A stretch of 64,000 bases of DNA from Verrucomicrobiia bacterium (GCA_035532155.1 DATKRN010000049.1:7102-71101), one strand, 5' to 3'. Shown: positions 22,353 to 32,333, counted from the stretch's first letter. The notes: a model not told the origin generated them from the letters alone. Numbers and translations: made by a program.

Positions 22353-22808
22353 TCAGTTGGTGGGGGGGACCTCAACGCCGGGGGTGGGCGCGGGGAGATC
22401 GTGCACCCGAAAGTGCACCTCGCGGGTGCGGATCTCGTCGAGGCGAGCGACCAGCCGGTAGGGGCCGGCGAGGGGGAACACGAGGTTGAGCGCGAGCGCC
22501 AGCACCGCACGCTGGTCGGTGCCGACGGCCATCCCGGCGGGCCGGGTGAGGGCCACCTGGGTCGCCATCTGTCCCACCGAGCGTCCGTCCTCGGTCTCGA
22601 TCGTGACCGCGAGCGGGTGGGTGGTCAGGGCCGCCGACCAGGGCACCAGGATCGTCAAGCCGACACCGAGGTGGCTGACCACCGGCGCGCCGACGCCGGG
22701 AGCCGGCCGCCAGTGGTCGGTCCAGCCGCCCCCCGACACGTACAGGAGGCCGTTGACGGCCTCGACGTGGTTGGCGAGGATCAGCGTCTCGATCTCGGCG
22801 TCCGGCAT
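22353..22808 (-). CDS. Hypothetical protein
   Basis: 151-aa ORF with protein-like composition (ILANHVEAVNGLLYVSGGGWTDHW...ARLDEIRTREVHFRVHD). No family recognised. Confidence 0.45.
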   Translation of the reverse strand: MPDAEIETLILANHVEAVNGLLYVSGGGWTDHWRPAPGVGAPVVSHLGVGLTILVPWSAALTTHPLAVTIETEDGRSVGQMATQVALTRPAGMAVGTDQRAVLALALNLVFPLAGPYRLVARLDEIRTREVHFRVHDLPAPTPGVEVPPTN

Positions 22809-22850
22809 GGGGGCCTCCTGGCAGGGTCCGGCGGGGGCGGTGCGTCGAGC

Positions 22851-23816
22851 TTACCCCGGGGCCCCACCCCCCTCGCGGGTCGGATCCGTGGGGCCGGTCC
22901 AGCGCAGGTCGCGCCAGGCCGAAAGCCCAAGCCGGTGGGCGTGGGCGCGACAGCCGTCGAGCACCTGGAGGGCGGCGCCGGGGTCGACGAAGGTGGCAGT
23001 CCCGACCTGCACCGCGTCGGCGCCGACCACCAAGAACTCCAGGGCGTCGCGGGCGGTCGCAATCCCCCCGATCCCGATGATCGGGACCCCCACCGCCCGC
23101 CGCACCCGGGCCACCTGCGCCAGCGCGATCGGCTTGATCGCGGGCCCGCTGAGGCCGCCGGTGCCGGTCCCGGGCAGCACCGGCCGACCCAGCGCCAGCG
23201 ACACCTTGAGGCCGACCAGGGTGTTCACCAAACTGACGGCGTCCGCCCCGGCATCCACCACCGCGCGGGCGACCGCGGCCACGTCGGCGGCGTTGGGGGA
23301 GAGCTTGACGACCAGCGGAAGATCGGTCACCCCCCGCACCGCCTTGACGCAGCCGGCGGCGGCGGCGGGGTCGAGGCCGAAGTCAAGACCGCCTGCGACA
23401 TTGGGGCACGAGATGTTGAGCTCGAGTCCCGCGACCCCCTCCACCCCATCCAGCCGACGCACCACCTGGACGTACTCGGCGATGTCCTGACCCGCCACGT
23501 TGACGAGCACGGGGACCGGCCAGTCGCGCCAGACCGGCGCGTAGTCGCGGCGCACCACCTCGACCCCGGGGTTCTGCAGGCCGATCGCATTCAGCATCCC
23601 CGCCGGGGTCTCGGCGATCCGGGGGGGGAGGTTGCCCGCGCGTGGCTGCAGCGTCGTCCCCTTGGTGAAGATCGCCCCGAGCCGGTCAACCGGGCACAGC
23701 CGCCCCAGCTCGAAGCCGTATCCGAACGTCCCCGATGCCACCGTGACGCAGGTGGGCAGGATGAGCCCGCGACCGAGGTCCACCGTCTCGTCGAGGCGGG
23801 GAGCGGCCGATCCCAT
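22851..23816 (-). CDS. pyrD: Dihydroorotate dehydrogenase, catalytic subunit (class 1B)
   Basis: ASGTFGYG...NAIGLQNPG...ISCPNV...KLSP...IGIGGI motifs. It is paired with an adjacent pyrK. The start was moved to the internal Met at 23816. Confidence 0.9.
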   Translation of the reverse strand: MGSAAPRLDETVDLGRGLILPTCVTVASGTFGYGFELGRLCPVDRLGAIFTKGTTLQPRAGNLPPRIAETPAGMLNAIGLQNPGVEVVRRDYAPVWRDWPVPVLVNVAGQDIAEYVQVVRRLDGVEGVAGLELNISCPNVAGGLDFGLDPAAAAGCVKAVRGVTDLPLVVKLSPNAADVAAVARAVVDAGADAVSLVNTLVGLKVSLALGRPVLPGTGTGGLSGPAIKPIALAQVARVRRAVGVPIIGIGGIATARDALEFLVVGADAVQVGTATFVDPGAALQVLDGCRAHAHRLGLSAWRDLRWTGPTDPTREGGGAPG

Positions 23817-23823
23817 CGGGCGC

Positions 23824-24681
23824 CTAGGCCGCGTGGGCCGGGGGCAGGGCCAGCAGGCGGGGCCAGTCGACCGTCTCCGCGGCGAGCACGGGACCGACCC
23901 GGCAGCAGAGCTGGAGGGCGGGGCCGCTGGGGGTCCGCACCGGGATCGCGCAGCCGAGACAGACGCCGAACCCGCATCCCATCGGCGCCTCCAGCGAGAC
24001 CTCGAGGGGGAGGGTGGGGGCCAGCGCCGCGACCGCCGCGGCCACCGCCGCCAGCATGGGATTGGGACCGCAGGCGGCGACGCGGTCAACCCCGGCGAGG
24101 AGCGGGCCGAGACGGTCGGTCACCCGCCCCCGCTCCCCTTGGCTCCCATCCTCGGTGACCAGGTGCGCCGCCACCGGCACCTGCAGGCGCTCCACCGGGA
24201 AGAGTCGGGGCGCGGTCGCGGCCCCGTTCAGCCAGATGAGCTCAACCCCACGCCGCTGACAGGCGGCGGCCAGCAGCGGGAAGGGCGCCGCCCCCAATCC
24301 CCCCGCCACCATCAGCAGGACTGAGGGCGCGGGAGGAACCGTGAACCCCCGCCCCAGCGGTCCGAGCACCCCCAACCGGTCGCCCCGCCGGAGCGCGGCC
24401 AACCGCGCGGTCCCCTCGCCCACGATGCCGAGGTAGAAGCTAAGGGTCCCCGCCTCAGGATCGGCGCGGCACACCGAGAACGGACGCCGCAGCAGGGGGG
24501 TCGGGCCGGGGCCGACGCGGAGCTGGCAGAACTCCCCCGGGGCCACCTTCTGGGCGATCGGATCACACGCGATCCGGAGCTCGACCGCTCCCTCGCCCAC
24601 CGGCTCCAGCCCCAAGCACACCCCCTCGACGCTGAGCGCCCGGTCGAGGTCGCTCGGGACCGGTGCCGGGTCGGCGGTCAT
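23824..24681 (-). CDS. pyrK: Dihydroorotate dehydrogenase, electron-transfer subunit (FAD / 2Fe-2S)
   Basis: RRPFSV ferredoxin-reductase-like fold and a C-terminal Cys cluster (MGCGFGVCLGCAIPV). The start ATG at 24681 overlaps the carB stop (ATGA). Confidence 0.85.
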   Translation of the reverse strand: MTADPAPVPSDLDRALSVEGVCLGLEPVGEGAVELRIACDPIAQKVAPGEFCQLRVGPGPTPLLRRPFSVCRADPEAGTLSFYLGIVGEGTARLAALRRGDRLGVLGPLGRGFTVPPAPSVLLMVAGGLGAAPFPLLAAACQRRGVELIWLNGAATAPRLFPVERLQVPVAAHLVTEDGSQGERGRVTDRLGPLLAGVDRVAACGPNPMLAAVAAAVAALAPTLPLEVSLEAPMGCGFGVCLGCAIPVRTPSGPALQLCCRVGPVLAAETVDWPRLLALPPAHAA

Positions 24682-27600
24682 CGGCGGCTCGCCGCCCCGA
24701 CCCCGGCGCGGTACTCGGCCAAGGTGGCCACCTCGATCGCGCGGCCCTCCGCGTGGCGTGCGATCGCGGCCACCAAGGCGGCCGCCGTGTCGAGCGAGGT
24801 GAGGCAGGGGATGCCGCGCTGGACCGCCGCCTGGCGGATCCGAAAGCCGTCCCGGACGGGACGGCGGCGCCGGGGCGCGCCATCCGGCCCGAGCTCGTCG
24901 CTGACGATCCCGGAGATGGTGTTGATGACCAGGGCGACCCGCCCGCTCTCGATCACGTCGACCACGCTGGGGGTGCCCGCGCCGAGCTTGTGCACCGAGG
25001 TCACCGACACCCCCGCCTCGCGCAGGGCCTGGGCGGTGTTGGGGGTGGCGTAGCAGCGAAAGCCGAGCTCGGCGAGGCGGGCGGCGACCGGCAGCAGCTC
25101 CGCCTTGTCGGCGTCGGCGATGCTGACCAGGGCGCCGCCGCTGAGGGGAAGCTCGCCGAAGGCGGCGGTGAACGCCTTCTCCAGCGCCACCTCGAGCTCG
25201 GGCCCGATTCCGATCGCCTCGCCGGTCGATTTCATCTCCGGCCCCAGCACAGAGTCCACCTGGTCCAGCTTGCGCATCGAGAACACCGGCGCCTTGACGG
25301 CCACCAGGGGCGGGGCGGGGCAGAGCCCGTCGCGCCACCCCAGCTCGGTCAGGGAGGCGCCGAGCAGCACCCGGGTCGCCAGCTCCACCATCGGAACCCC
25401 GGTCACCTTGCTGAGGAACGGGACGGTTCGGCTGGCACGCGGGTTCAGCTCCAGCACCATCACCCGTCCGCGGTGGATCACGTACTGGACATTCACCAGG
25501 CCGCGGGCGCCCGACCCGATCGCCAGCCGGCGCGTGGTCTCCACGATCTTGTCCACCAGCTGCGGCCCCAGCCGCTGTGGGGGCACCACCGCCATGGAAT
25601 CGCCGGAGTGGACCCCGGCGCGCTCGATGTGCTCCAGGATCGCGGGAATGACGACGGTGACGCCGTCACAGATGGCATCAACTTCCACCTCCAGCCCGAG
25701 CAGGTACTTGTCCACCAGCACCTCAGGCCGACCGCCCGGGTCCCGCGCGGGACCGCGCGCCGCGGCCAGGGCGATGCCGAGGTGGCGCCGCAGCCCGGCA
25801 TCGTCGTGGACCACCTCCATCGCGCGGCCCCCGAGGACGTACGACGGGCGGACCAGCACCGGGTAGCCGACCCGCCGTGCGATCGCCAGCGCCCCGGCCA
25901 CGTCGCCGGTGGCCGCGCCGGCGGGCCGGGGGATCCCCAAGGACTCCAGCAGCCGGTCGAACTGGCCCCGGTCCTCGGCCACGTCGATGGCGGCCACCGG
26001 TGCCCCCAGCAGCGGCAGCCCGCGGGCCTCGAGCGGGCCCGCCAGGTTGACCGCGGTCTGGCCGCCGAACTGCACCGCCACGCCTCGGGGACGCTCCACC
26101 CGGCACACGGCGGCCACCGACTCCTGGTCGAGCGGCTCGAAGTAGAGGCGATTGCTGCTGTCGAAGTCGGTCGAGACGGTCTCGGGGTTGCTGTTGACCA
26201 AAACCGTCGGGACCCCCGCCTGGCGCAGTGCCGCCGCCGCCTGCACCGAGCAGCAGTCGAACTCGATGCCCTGGCCGATCCGGATCGGGCCCGACCCCAA
26301 CACCACCACCGACCCGCCCGCGCCGGCCGCCTGCTCGTCCTCGTCCTCGAAGCTGGAGTAGAAGTACGGGGTGGCGGCGGCGAACTCCGCCGCGCAGGTG
26401 TCGACGCACTTGTAGGTCACCTCGATCCCGCTGGTGCGGCGCCACTCCGCCACCTGGTCGGGGGCATGGCCCGCGAGTCGACCGATGGTGCCGTCGTCGA
26501 GGCCGGCCTGCTTCGCCTGCCGCAGCACGCGGGCGGCCGCGGGCACGAGCACCGCCTCGGGGTCGGCGGGGGCGAGCGCGGCCGCGACCGCGCGCTCGGC
26601 GGCGACCAGCTCGAAGAGCCGGTCGCAGAACCAGGGGGCGTAGCCGGTCGCGTCTGCGACGCGCCGCGGCGACATGCCCGAGCGCAGCGCCGCCAGCACC
26701 AAGAAGATCCGCTGGTCGGTGGGCACCGCCAGGGCCGCCTCGGTCACGGGGTCGGCCGCGGGCGGCGGCGTCGGCTGCTCCAGCGAGCGCAGCGCCTTCG
26801 CCATCGCCGCCGGGAAGCTGCGGCCGATCGCCATCACCTCGCCGGTGGACTTCATCTGGGTGCCGAGCGTGCGGTCACCATCGGGGAACTTGTCGAAGGG
26901 CCAGCGCGGCACCTTGACGACGCAGTAGTCGAGGGCCGGCTCGAAGGCCGCGGTGGTGCGCCCGGTGACCCGGTTCTCGATCTCGTGGAGACGCCGGCCG
27001 ACCGCGATCTTGGCGGCCACCCGGGCGATCGGATAGCCGGTGGCCTTGGAGGCCAGCGCCGACGATCGGCTGACGCGAGGGTTGACCTCGATCACGAAAT
27101 ACGCATGCCCGCGCGGATGAAGCGCGAACTGAACGTTGCATCCCCCCTCGATGCCGAGCCCGCGGATGATCCGCAGCGCCGCCGAGCGCAGCTGCTGGTG
27201 CTCCTTGTCGGTCAGCGTCTGGCTGGGGGCGACCACCAGCGAGTCGCCGGTGTGGACCCCCATCGGGTCGAGGTTCTCCATGTTGCAGACCACCAGGCAG
27301 GTGTCGTCACCGTCCCGCATCACCTCGTACTCCAGCTCGCGCCAGCCCACCAGCGCCTGCTCCACTAGCACCTGTCCGATCGGGCTGGCGGCCAACCCGC
27401 GCCCGACGATGGCGCGATAGTCGGCGGGGGTACGGGCCAGCCCGCCCCCGGTTCCCCCCAGGGTGAAGGCCGGGCGCACCACCAGCGGCAGGCCGGTGGT
27501 CGCAGCGAATGCCTCCGCCTCCTCCCAGCTCCGCACCGTGCACGACGGCGGCACCGGCTCCCCCAGCTCCTCCATCCGGCGCTTGAAGCGAGCGCGGTCC

Positions 27601-29213
27601 TCGGCGTCACGGACCGCGCTCAAGGGGGTGCCCAGGACGCGGACCTGGTGGCGCTGCAGAACTCCCGCCTCCTCCAGCTGCACCGCCAAGTTGAGCGCGG
27701 TCTGGCCGCCGAGGCTGCAGAGCAGGCCGTGGGGGCGCTCCCGGGCGATCACCGCGGCACAGCTGGCGACCGTCAGCGGCTCCAGATAGACTCGGTCGGC
27801 GACCCCGTCATCGGTCATGATCGTGGCGGGGTTGCTGTTGACGAGAACGACCCGCACCCCCTCCTCCCGGAGCGCCCGGCAGGCCTGGGTGCCGGCGTAA
27901 TCGAACTCGGCGGCCTGGCCGATCACGATCGGACCGCTGCCCAACACCAGCACCGTCCCCGGGGCGGGGGCGGCCCGGTCGGCGCGCGCCCCGGTGGTGG
28001 TGGTGGGCGGGGCCGGCGCGGACGCAAGCGGCAGCGTGCGCAGCGCCAGCGCGCCGGTCCCGCCCCGGTGCGCCCGGCACCAGCCGACGAACTCGTCGAA
28101 GATCTCCTGCCGGTCCTGGGGGCCGGGCGATCCCTCAGGGTGATACTGCACCGCCACCACCGGGCGGCCCGGATGGCGCAGGCCCTCTACCGAGCCGTCG
28201 TTGAGGTTGCGCTCGGCGACGAACCACCCGCTGCCGGCGGCCAGGCTGTCGCCATCGACTTGGAACTCGTGGTTCTGCGCGGTGATGAAGACACGCCCGG
28301 TGCGCAGGTCGCGCACCGGATGGTTGCCGCCGTGGTGGCCGAAGGCGAGCCGGCTGGTGGTGGCGCCGATGGCACGACCCACCAGCTGGTGACCGAGGCA
28401 GATCGCCAGCACCGGCACGCGGTCGAGCAGCGCGCGGGTCAGCGCCACCTGGTCCGGCAGCGCCGCGGGATCCCCCGGTCCGTTGCTGAGCACGACCCCG
28501 GCGGGACGCAGCCGTTCGATCTCCTCCAGGCTGGCCCGGGCGGGAAGCACCACCACCTCGGCGCCGCGGCTCACCAACGATCGCAGCGTCCCCCGCTTGA
28601 CCCCGAGATCGAGCACCACCACCCGGGGGCGAGGGCCGCCCGGGGGCGGGGACGCGAGGCCCGCGGCGAGCGCGGGGTGGAGCCCCTCGTCGGCTCGGTA
28701 CGGCTCCGAGCAGGTCACGCCGCCGACCAGCTGCTGCTCGGAGACCGTGGGGAGGCGCCGGCACTGCGCCACCCAGCGGTCGGGGCCTCCCACCGTTCCC
28801 GCCACCAGCAGGCCGCGCAGCGTGCCGGTCTCGCGCAGGTGCCGGGTGAGTGCGCGGGTGTCGACCTCGGCCAGGCCGGGCACCCCCTGCGCCGTCAGCC
28901 ACGCATCGAAGGTGGCCTCCGCCTGCCAGTGGGGCGCCGTCTCGCTGCAGCGGGCCACGATCACGGCCCGGCACTGGGCGCGGGACGACTCGGAGTCGAC
29001 CGCCGCGGTGCCGACATTGCCGATGAGGGGATAGGTGAAGGCCACCACCTGGCCCGCATAGGACGGGTCGGTGCAGACCTCCTGGTACCCCGTCATGCAG
29101 GTGTTGAAGACGACCTCGCCATGGGGGGGGTCGCCTCCCGGCGCGGCCGCCTGGCCGATCCAGCGGCCGCCGAAGACGGCACCGCTTTCCAGAACCAGGG
29201 CGCCCTCAGCCAC
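24678..29213 (-). CDS. carAB: Carbamoyl-phosphate synthase. The small (glutaminase, CarA) and large (CarB) subunits are encoded as one continuous reading frame, an apparent CarA-CarB fusion.
   Basis: CarA part: ALVLESGAVFGGRWIG..., catalytic LAICLGHQL, VQYHPEGSPGP. A roughly 40-aa Pro/Thr/Ala-rich linker follows (CRAHRGGTGALALRTLPLASAPAPPTTTTGARADRAAPAPG). CarB part: VLVLGSGPIVIGQAAEFDYAGTQACRALREEG..., about 1090 aa with two ATP-grasp halves and an MGS-like C-terminus. No stop codon occurs in any frame across 27961..28080. The putative GTG start at 29213 overlaps the pyrC stop. Confidence 0.8.
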   Translation of the reverse strand: MAEGALVLESGAVFGGRWIGQAAAPGGDPPHGEVVFNTCMTGYQEVCTDPSYAGQVVAFTYPLIGNVGTAAVDSESSRAQCRAVIVARCSETAPHWQAEATFDAWLTAQGVPGLAEVDTRALTRHLRETGTLRGLLVAGTVGGPDRWVAQCRRLPTVSEQQLVGGVTCSEPYRADEGLHPALAAGLASPPPGGPRPRVVVLDLGVKRGTLRSLVSRGAEVVVLPARASLEEIERLRPAGVVLSNGPGDPAALPDQVALTRALLDRVPVLAICLGHQLVGRAIGATTSRLAFGHHGGNHPVRDLRTGRVFITAQNHEFQVDGDSLAAGSGWFVAERNLNDGSVEGLRHPGRPVVAVQYHPEGSPGPQDRQEIFDEFVGWCRAHRGGTGALALRTLPLASAPAPPTTTTGARADRAAPAPGTVLVLGSGPIVIGQAAEFDYAGTQACRALREEGVRVVLVNSNPATIMTDDGVADRVYLEPLTVASCAAVIARERPHGLLCSLGGQTALNLAVQLEEAGVLQRHQVRVLGTPLSAVRDAEDRARFKRRMEELGEPVPPSCTVRSWEEAEAFAATTGLPLVVRPAFTLGGTGGGLARTPADYRAIVGRGLAASPIGQVLVEQALVGWRELEYEVMRDGDDTCLVVCNMENLDPMGVHTGDSLVVAPSQTLTDKEHQQLRSAALRIIRGLGIEGGCNVQFALHPRGHAYFVIEVNPRVSRSSALASKATGYPIARVAAKIAVGRRLHEIENRVTGRTTAAFEPALDYCVVKVPRWPFDKFPDGDRTLGTQMKSTGEVMAIGRSFPAAMAKALRSLEQPTPPPAADPVTEAALAVPTDQRIFLVLAALRSGMSPRRVADATGYAPWFCDRLFELVAAERAVAAALAPADPEAVLVPAAARVLRQAKQAGLDDGTIGRLAGHAPDQVAEWRRTSGIEVTYKCVDTCAAEFAAATPYFYSSFEDEDEQAAGAGGSVVVLGSGPIRIGQGIEFDCCSVQAAAALRQAGVPTVLVNSNPETVSTDFDSSNRLYFEPLDQESVAAVCRVERPRGVAVQFGGQTAVNLAGPLEARGLPLLGAPVAAIDVAEDRGQFDRLLESLGIPRPAGAATGDVAGALAIARRVGYPVLVRPSYVLGGRAMEVVHDDAGLRRHLGIALAAARGPARDPGGRPEVLVDKYLLGLEVEVDAICDGVTVVIPAILEHIERAGVHSGDSMAVVPPQRLGPQLVDKIVETTRRLAIGSGARGLVNVQYVIHRGRVMVLELNPRASRTVPFLSKVTGVPMVELATRVLLGASLTELGWRDGLCPAPPLVAVKAPVFSMRKLDQVDSVLGPEMKSTGEAIGIGPELEVALEKAFTAAFGELPLSGGALVSIADADKAELLPVAARLAELGFRCYATPNTAQALREAGVSVTSVHKLGAGTPSVVDVIESGRVALVINTISGIVSDELGPDGAPRRRRPVRDGFRIRQAAVQRGIPCLTSLDTAAALVAAIARHAEGRAIEVATLAEYRAGVGAASRR

Positions 29214-30585
29214 GGCGGGGCGCCGTGGCTGAGGCGGGGTCTCGGGCCGGCTCCCCCGGACCGGTCCCCGACTCCGTGCCCGGGGGCGGCGACCAGCGGT
29301 GGACCGGGCGCCCCCCGCGCAGGGTCGCCAGCACCCGACCCCCGAGCGCCGCGGTCCAGAACGGGGTGTTGCGACCACCGGACCTCCAGGCCTGGGGCTC
29401 GGCGGCGGGCGACCAGACGCCGGTCGGGTCGAACCAGACACAGTCGGCGGGTGCGCCCGGACGAAGGCTGGGACACGGAAGCCCCGCCGCCTCGCCCAGC
29501 ACCCGCCAGGGCCCGACCGTCAGCGCGGCCACCAGGCGCGGCAGCGCCCGGGCGGCGTCGGGGAGCGCCAAGAGCACGCCCAGCGCCGTCTCCAGGCCGC
29601 TGAACCCGGCGGACGGTCGCGCGCCCGACTCCGCCGGCGACGGCTCGTGCGGAGCATGGTCGGTGGCGACAGCATCCACGGTTCCGTCCAGCAGCGCCGC
29701 CCAGAGCGCGCCGCGGTCGGCGGCGCCCCGCAGGGGCGGGTTGCAGCGAGCGGCGCCGCCCGCTGGGGAGGCCGGCCCGGCCGGGCTCGTCAGCGCGAGG
29801 TGGTGGGGGGTGACCTCGGCGGTCACGCCCAGCCCGGCCCGGCGCGCCGCCCGGATCACCGGGAGCACGGCGGCGGTGGAGCAGTGCTGCAGGTGCAGCC
29901 GCGCCCCGGGGGTCGCGGCGAGCGTGGCGAGGGCGGTGGTGACCGCGGCGAGCTCCGCCTCCGGCGGTCGGCGCGGCCAGTCGCTGGGACCGCCGGGATC
30001 CCCTAGGTTGGCGGCGGCCAGGACCGCCTCGTCCTCGGGATGGATGGCGACCACCCGCTGACAGCGGATGGCGCGACGCAGCAGCTCGGCGAGCACCGCC
30101 GGCGCCATCGCGTTGCGGCCGTCGTCGGAGAAGCCGACCGCCCCGGCGTCGGCCATCGCCTCGACCTCGACCGGCTCACGCCCGGCGAGCCCCCGGGTGC
30201 AGGCGGCGAACTGGCGCACGGTGACGCTCCCCGCGAGCGCGTAGTGGGTGCCGAGGTCAGCGAGCCGGCGCGGCTGGTCCAGGGGCGGGTCGGTGTTGGC
30301 CATCGCGCAGACAGTGGCGAACCCGCCCCGCGCGGCCGCGGCGGTGCCGCTGGCGACCGTCTCCGTGTGGGACGGGCCGGGGGTGCGCAAATGGGCGTGC
30401 AGATCGATGAAGGCGGGCGCGAGGACGCTGCCCTGGTGGTGCCAGACCTCGCAGTCGGCGGGCGCCGCCAGGGACGGGCCGACTGCCGCGATCCGCCCGT
30501 CCACGATGAGGCAGTCGGTGCGGGCCAGATCGGAGCTGGAGGCAGGGTCGATCAGGCGGACCGCCCGCAGCAGGATCGGCCTCAT
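29206..30585 (-). CDS. pyrC: Dihydroorotase
   Basis: FIDLHAHLRTPG...metal-binding motifs, DHAPH near the C-terminus. Start MRPILLRAVRLIDPAS. Confidence 0.85.
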   Translation of the reverse strand: MRPILLRAVRLIDPASSSDLARTDCLIVDGRIAAVGPSLAAPADCEVWHHQGSVLAPAFIDLHAHLRTPGPSHTETVASGTAAAARGGFATVCAMANTDPPLDQPRRLADLGTHYALAGSVTVRQFAACTRGLAGREPVEVEAMADAGAVGFSDDGRNAMAPAVLAELLRRAIRCQRVVAIHPEDEAVLAAANLGDPGGPSDWPRRPPEAELAAVTTALATLAATPGARLHLQHCSTAAVLPVIRAARRAGLGVTAEVTPHHLALTSPAGPASPAGGAARCNPPLRGAADRGALWAALLDGTVDAVATDHAPHEPSPAESGARPSAGFSGLETALGVLLALPDAARALPRLVAALTVGPWRVLGEAAGLPCPSLRPGAPADCVWFDPTGVWSPAAEPQAWRSGGRNTPFWTAALGGRVLATLRGGRPVHRWSPPPGTESGTGPGEPARDPASATAPRRG

Positions 30586-31184
30586 CGCCCCGGCCACGCT
30601 GGGGCGATGTCAACGCCGTCCTCCCCGTCCACCTCGCGCAGGCGGACAGCCACATGCTCGGTCTCGGCGGTGGGCAGGTTGCGCCCGACGTAGGTGGCGC
30701 GCAGCGGCAGATGGCGGTGGCCGCGGTCGATCAGCACGCAGAGCTCGACCAATGCCGGGCGCCCGAGCGCGTGCACCGCCTCCAGCGCCGCCCGCACGGT
30801 GCGCCCGTGGAACAGCACATCATCCACCAGCACCACCGTCCGGGCCTCCACCGCCGCGGCCGCCAGCGCCGGCACCGTCGGCTCGACCGCCCCTGCGGCG
30901 CCGCCCAGGGTGGTCCGGCGGGCGGGGCCGTCGTCGCGGAAGGGTCCGACGTCGATGCCCGCGACCGCCGGGGGTGTGCCTCCCTGCTGTCGCACCGCAT
31001 CGGCGATCCGCAGCGCCAACGGGACGCCCCGCCGCTGGATTCCGCACAGGCAGAGCCCGGCCGAGTCGGGGTGGCGCTCCTGCAGCTCGCGGGCGACCCG
31101 CCAGCAGCAGCGCGCGATCGCGGGCGCGTCCAGCACCCGATGGGAGGGCGTCGCCGCGCGCGGTGCGGCCGCGGCGGCGCTCAC
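30582..31184 (-). CDS. pyrR: Bifunctional pyrimidine operon regulator / uracil phosphoribosyltransferase
   Basis: PRPP-binding motif VVLVDDVLFHGRTVRAAL and a PyrR-type N-terminus. It lies between pyrB and pyrC. Confidence 0.85.
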   Translation of the reverse strand: MSAAAAAPRAATPSHRVLDAPAIARCCWRVARELQERHPDSAGLCLCGIQRRGVPLALRIADAVRQQGGTPPAVAGIDVGPFRDDGPARRTTLGGAAGAVEPTVPALAAAAVEARTVVLVDDVLFHGRTVRAALEAVHALGRPALVELCVLIDRGHRHLPLRATYVGRNLPTAETEHVAVRLREVDGEDGVDIAPAWPGR

Positions 31185-32140
31185 GCGAGCAGCTCGGCGA
31201 GCAGGGCCATCCTCACCGCCACGCCGTTGTGCGCCTGGCGGAAGTAGGCGGCGCGGGGGTCGGCGTCGACCGCCGGGTCGATCTCCCCCACGCGGGGGAG
31301 CGGATGGAGCACGATCGCGTGCGCCCCCAGGCTGGCCATCACGTCGGGGGTGATCCGGAAGCGCTCCGCGATCCGGGCTGCGGCCGCCCCCGCCGCCTCG
31401 TCGGCGCCGAAGCGCTCGCGCTGCAGCCGGGTCTGGTAGACGACGTCGGCGTCGCGCAGGGCGGCGAGGAGGTCGTCGGTCTCGACGATGTCGGCTCCCT
31501 GCGCGCGCAGCCGGGCGAGCACGTCGGTGCGCATCCGCACCGCCGCGGGTGCGGCCAGGGTGAGGCGGACGCCCTCGAAGCCGGCCAGCAGCTGCGCCAG
31601 CGAGTGCACCGTGCGCCCGTGGGCGAGGTCCCCCACCATCACCACGCGGAGGCCGTCCACCCGACCCAGCTCGCGCTCGATCGTGTAGAGGTCGAGCAGC
31701 GACTGGGTGGGATGCTCGCCGGGCCCGTCGCCGGCGTTGAGGATCGGCACCGGCGCCACCGCGGCGGCGCGCGCGGCGGCCCCCTCCTCAGGATGGCGGA
31801 GCACGATCGCGTCGGCGTACCCGGCCACGATCCGCACCGAGTCCTCCAGGCTCTCGCCCTTGATCGCCGAGGAGAAGTCGCGGGCGTTCTCGGTGGAGAC
31901 GACCTGCCCGCCCAGGCGCAGCATCGCGGACTCGAAGCTGAGCCGGGTCCGGGTGCTCGGCTCGTAGAACAAGGTGGCCAGCAGCCGGCCCCGGAGGCGG
32001 TCGTCCCCGCCCGCCGCCAGGACCCGCTCCATCTCCCGCGCGGCGGCGAAGAGCGCCTCCAAGCGGGGCCTGTCGAACTGCTGCGCCGAGACGACGTGGC
32101 GAACCCCGACCGTGGTCCCGACGGTGGCTGCCGACATCAC
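31181..32140 (-). CDS. pyrB: Aspartate carbamoyltransferase, catalytic subunit
   Basis: STRTR motif (YEPSTRTRLSFESA), HPTQSLLD, and HCLP-like region. 319 aa. Confidence 0.9.
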   Translation of the reverse strand: MMSAATVGTTVGVRHVVSAQQFDRPRLEALFAAAREMERVLAAGGDDRLRGRLLATLFYEPSTRTRLSFESAMLRLGGQVVSTENARDFSSAIKGESLEDSVRIVAGYADAIVLRHPEEGAAARAAAVAPVPILNAGDGPGEHPTQSLLDLYTIERELGRVDGLRVVMVGDLAHGRTVHSLAQLLAGFEGVRLTLAAPAAVRMRTDVLARLRAQGADIVETDDLLAALRDADVVYQTRLQRERFGADEAAGAAAARIAERFRITPDVMASLGAHAIVLHPLPRVGEIDPAVDADPRAAYFRQAHNGVAVRMALLAELLA

Positions 32141-32221
32141 TGCCCTCCACGGATGGCCCGGCGCGTCCGGGTCGGGAGCGGCGGTGCGCGGCGACGGGGC
32201 GCTCGCCCGTGCCCTGGCACG

Positions 32222-32262
32222 ACGTCCCTTCCCGGCCTCACTGGACCGGCTTCAAGGTGGTC
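32222..32262 (-). promoter_or_regulatory. Candidate PyrR-binding RNA element / attenuator in the pyrB leader
   Basis: The minus-strand leader contains GGUCCAGUGAGGCC flanked by CCUU...AAGG. This resembles the conserved PyrR binding-loop motif (UCCNGAGAGGCU). The pyr operon promoter must lie in the 32141..32333 intergenic region. Confidence 0.25.
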
Positions 32263-32333
32263 GGCCATTGAGTATAGGGGTGAGGGCCACCGGGGGCCTC
32301 GCGGACTGGCTCGGGTACACTGCGTCTGCCGCG

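Noticed and set aside
24663-27368. 901-aa plus-strand ORF
   Set aside because: Antisense to carB, which has unmistakable CPSase motifs on the minus strand. Gly/Arg/Pro-rich junk translation.
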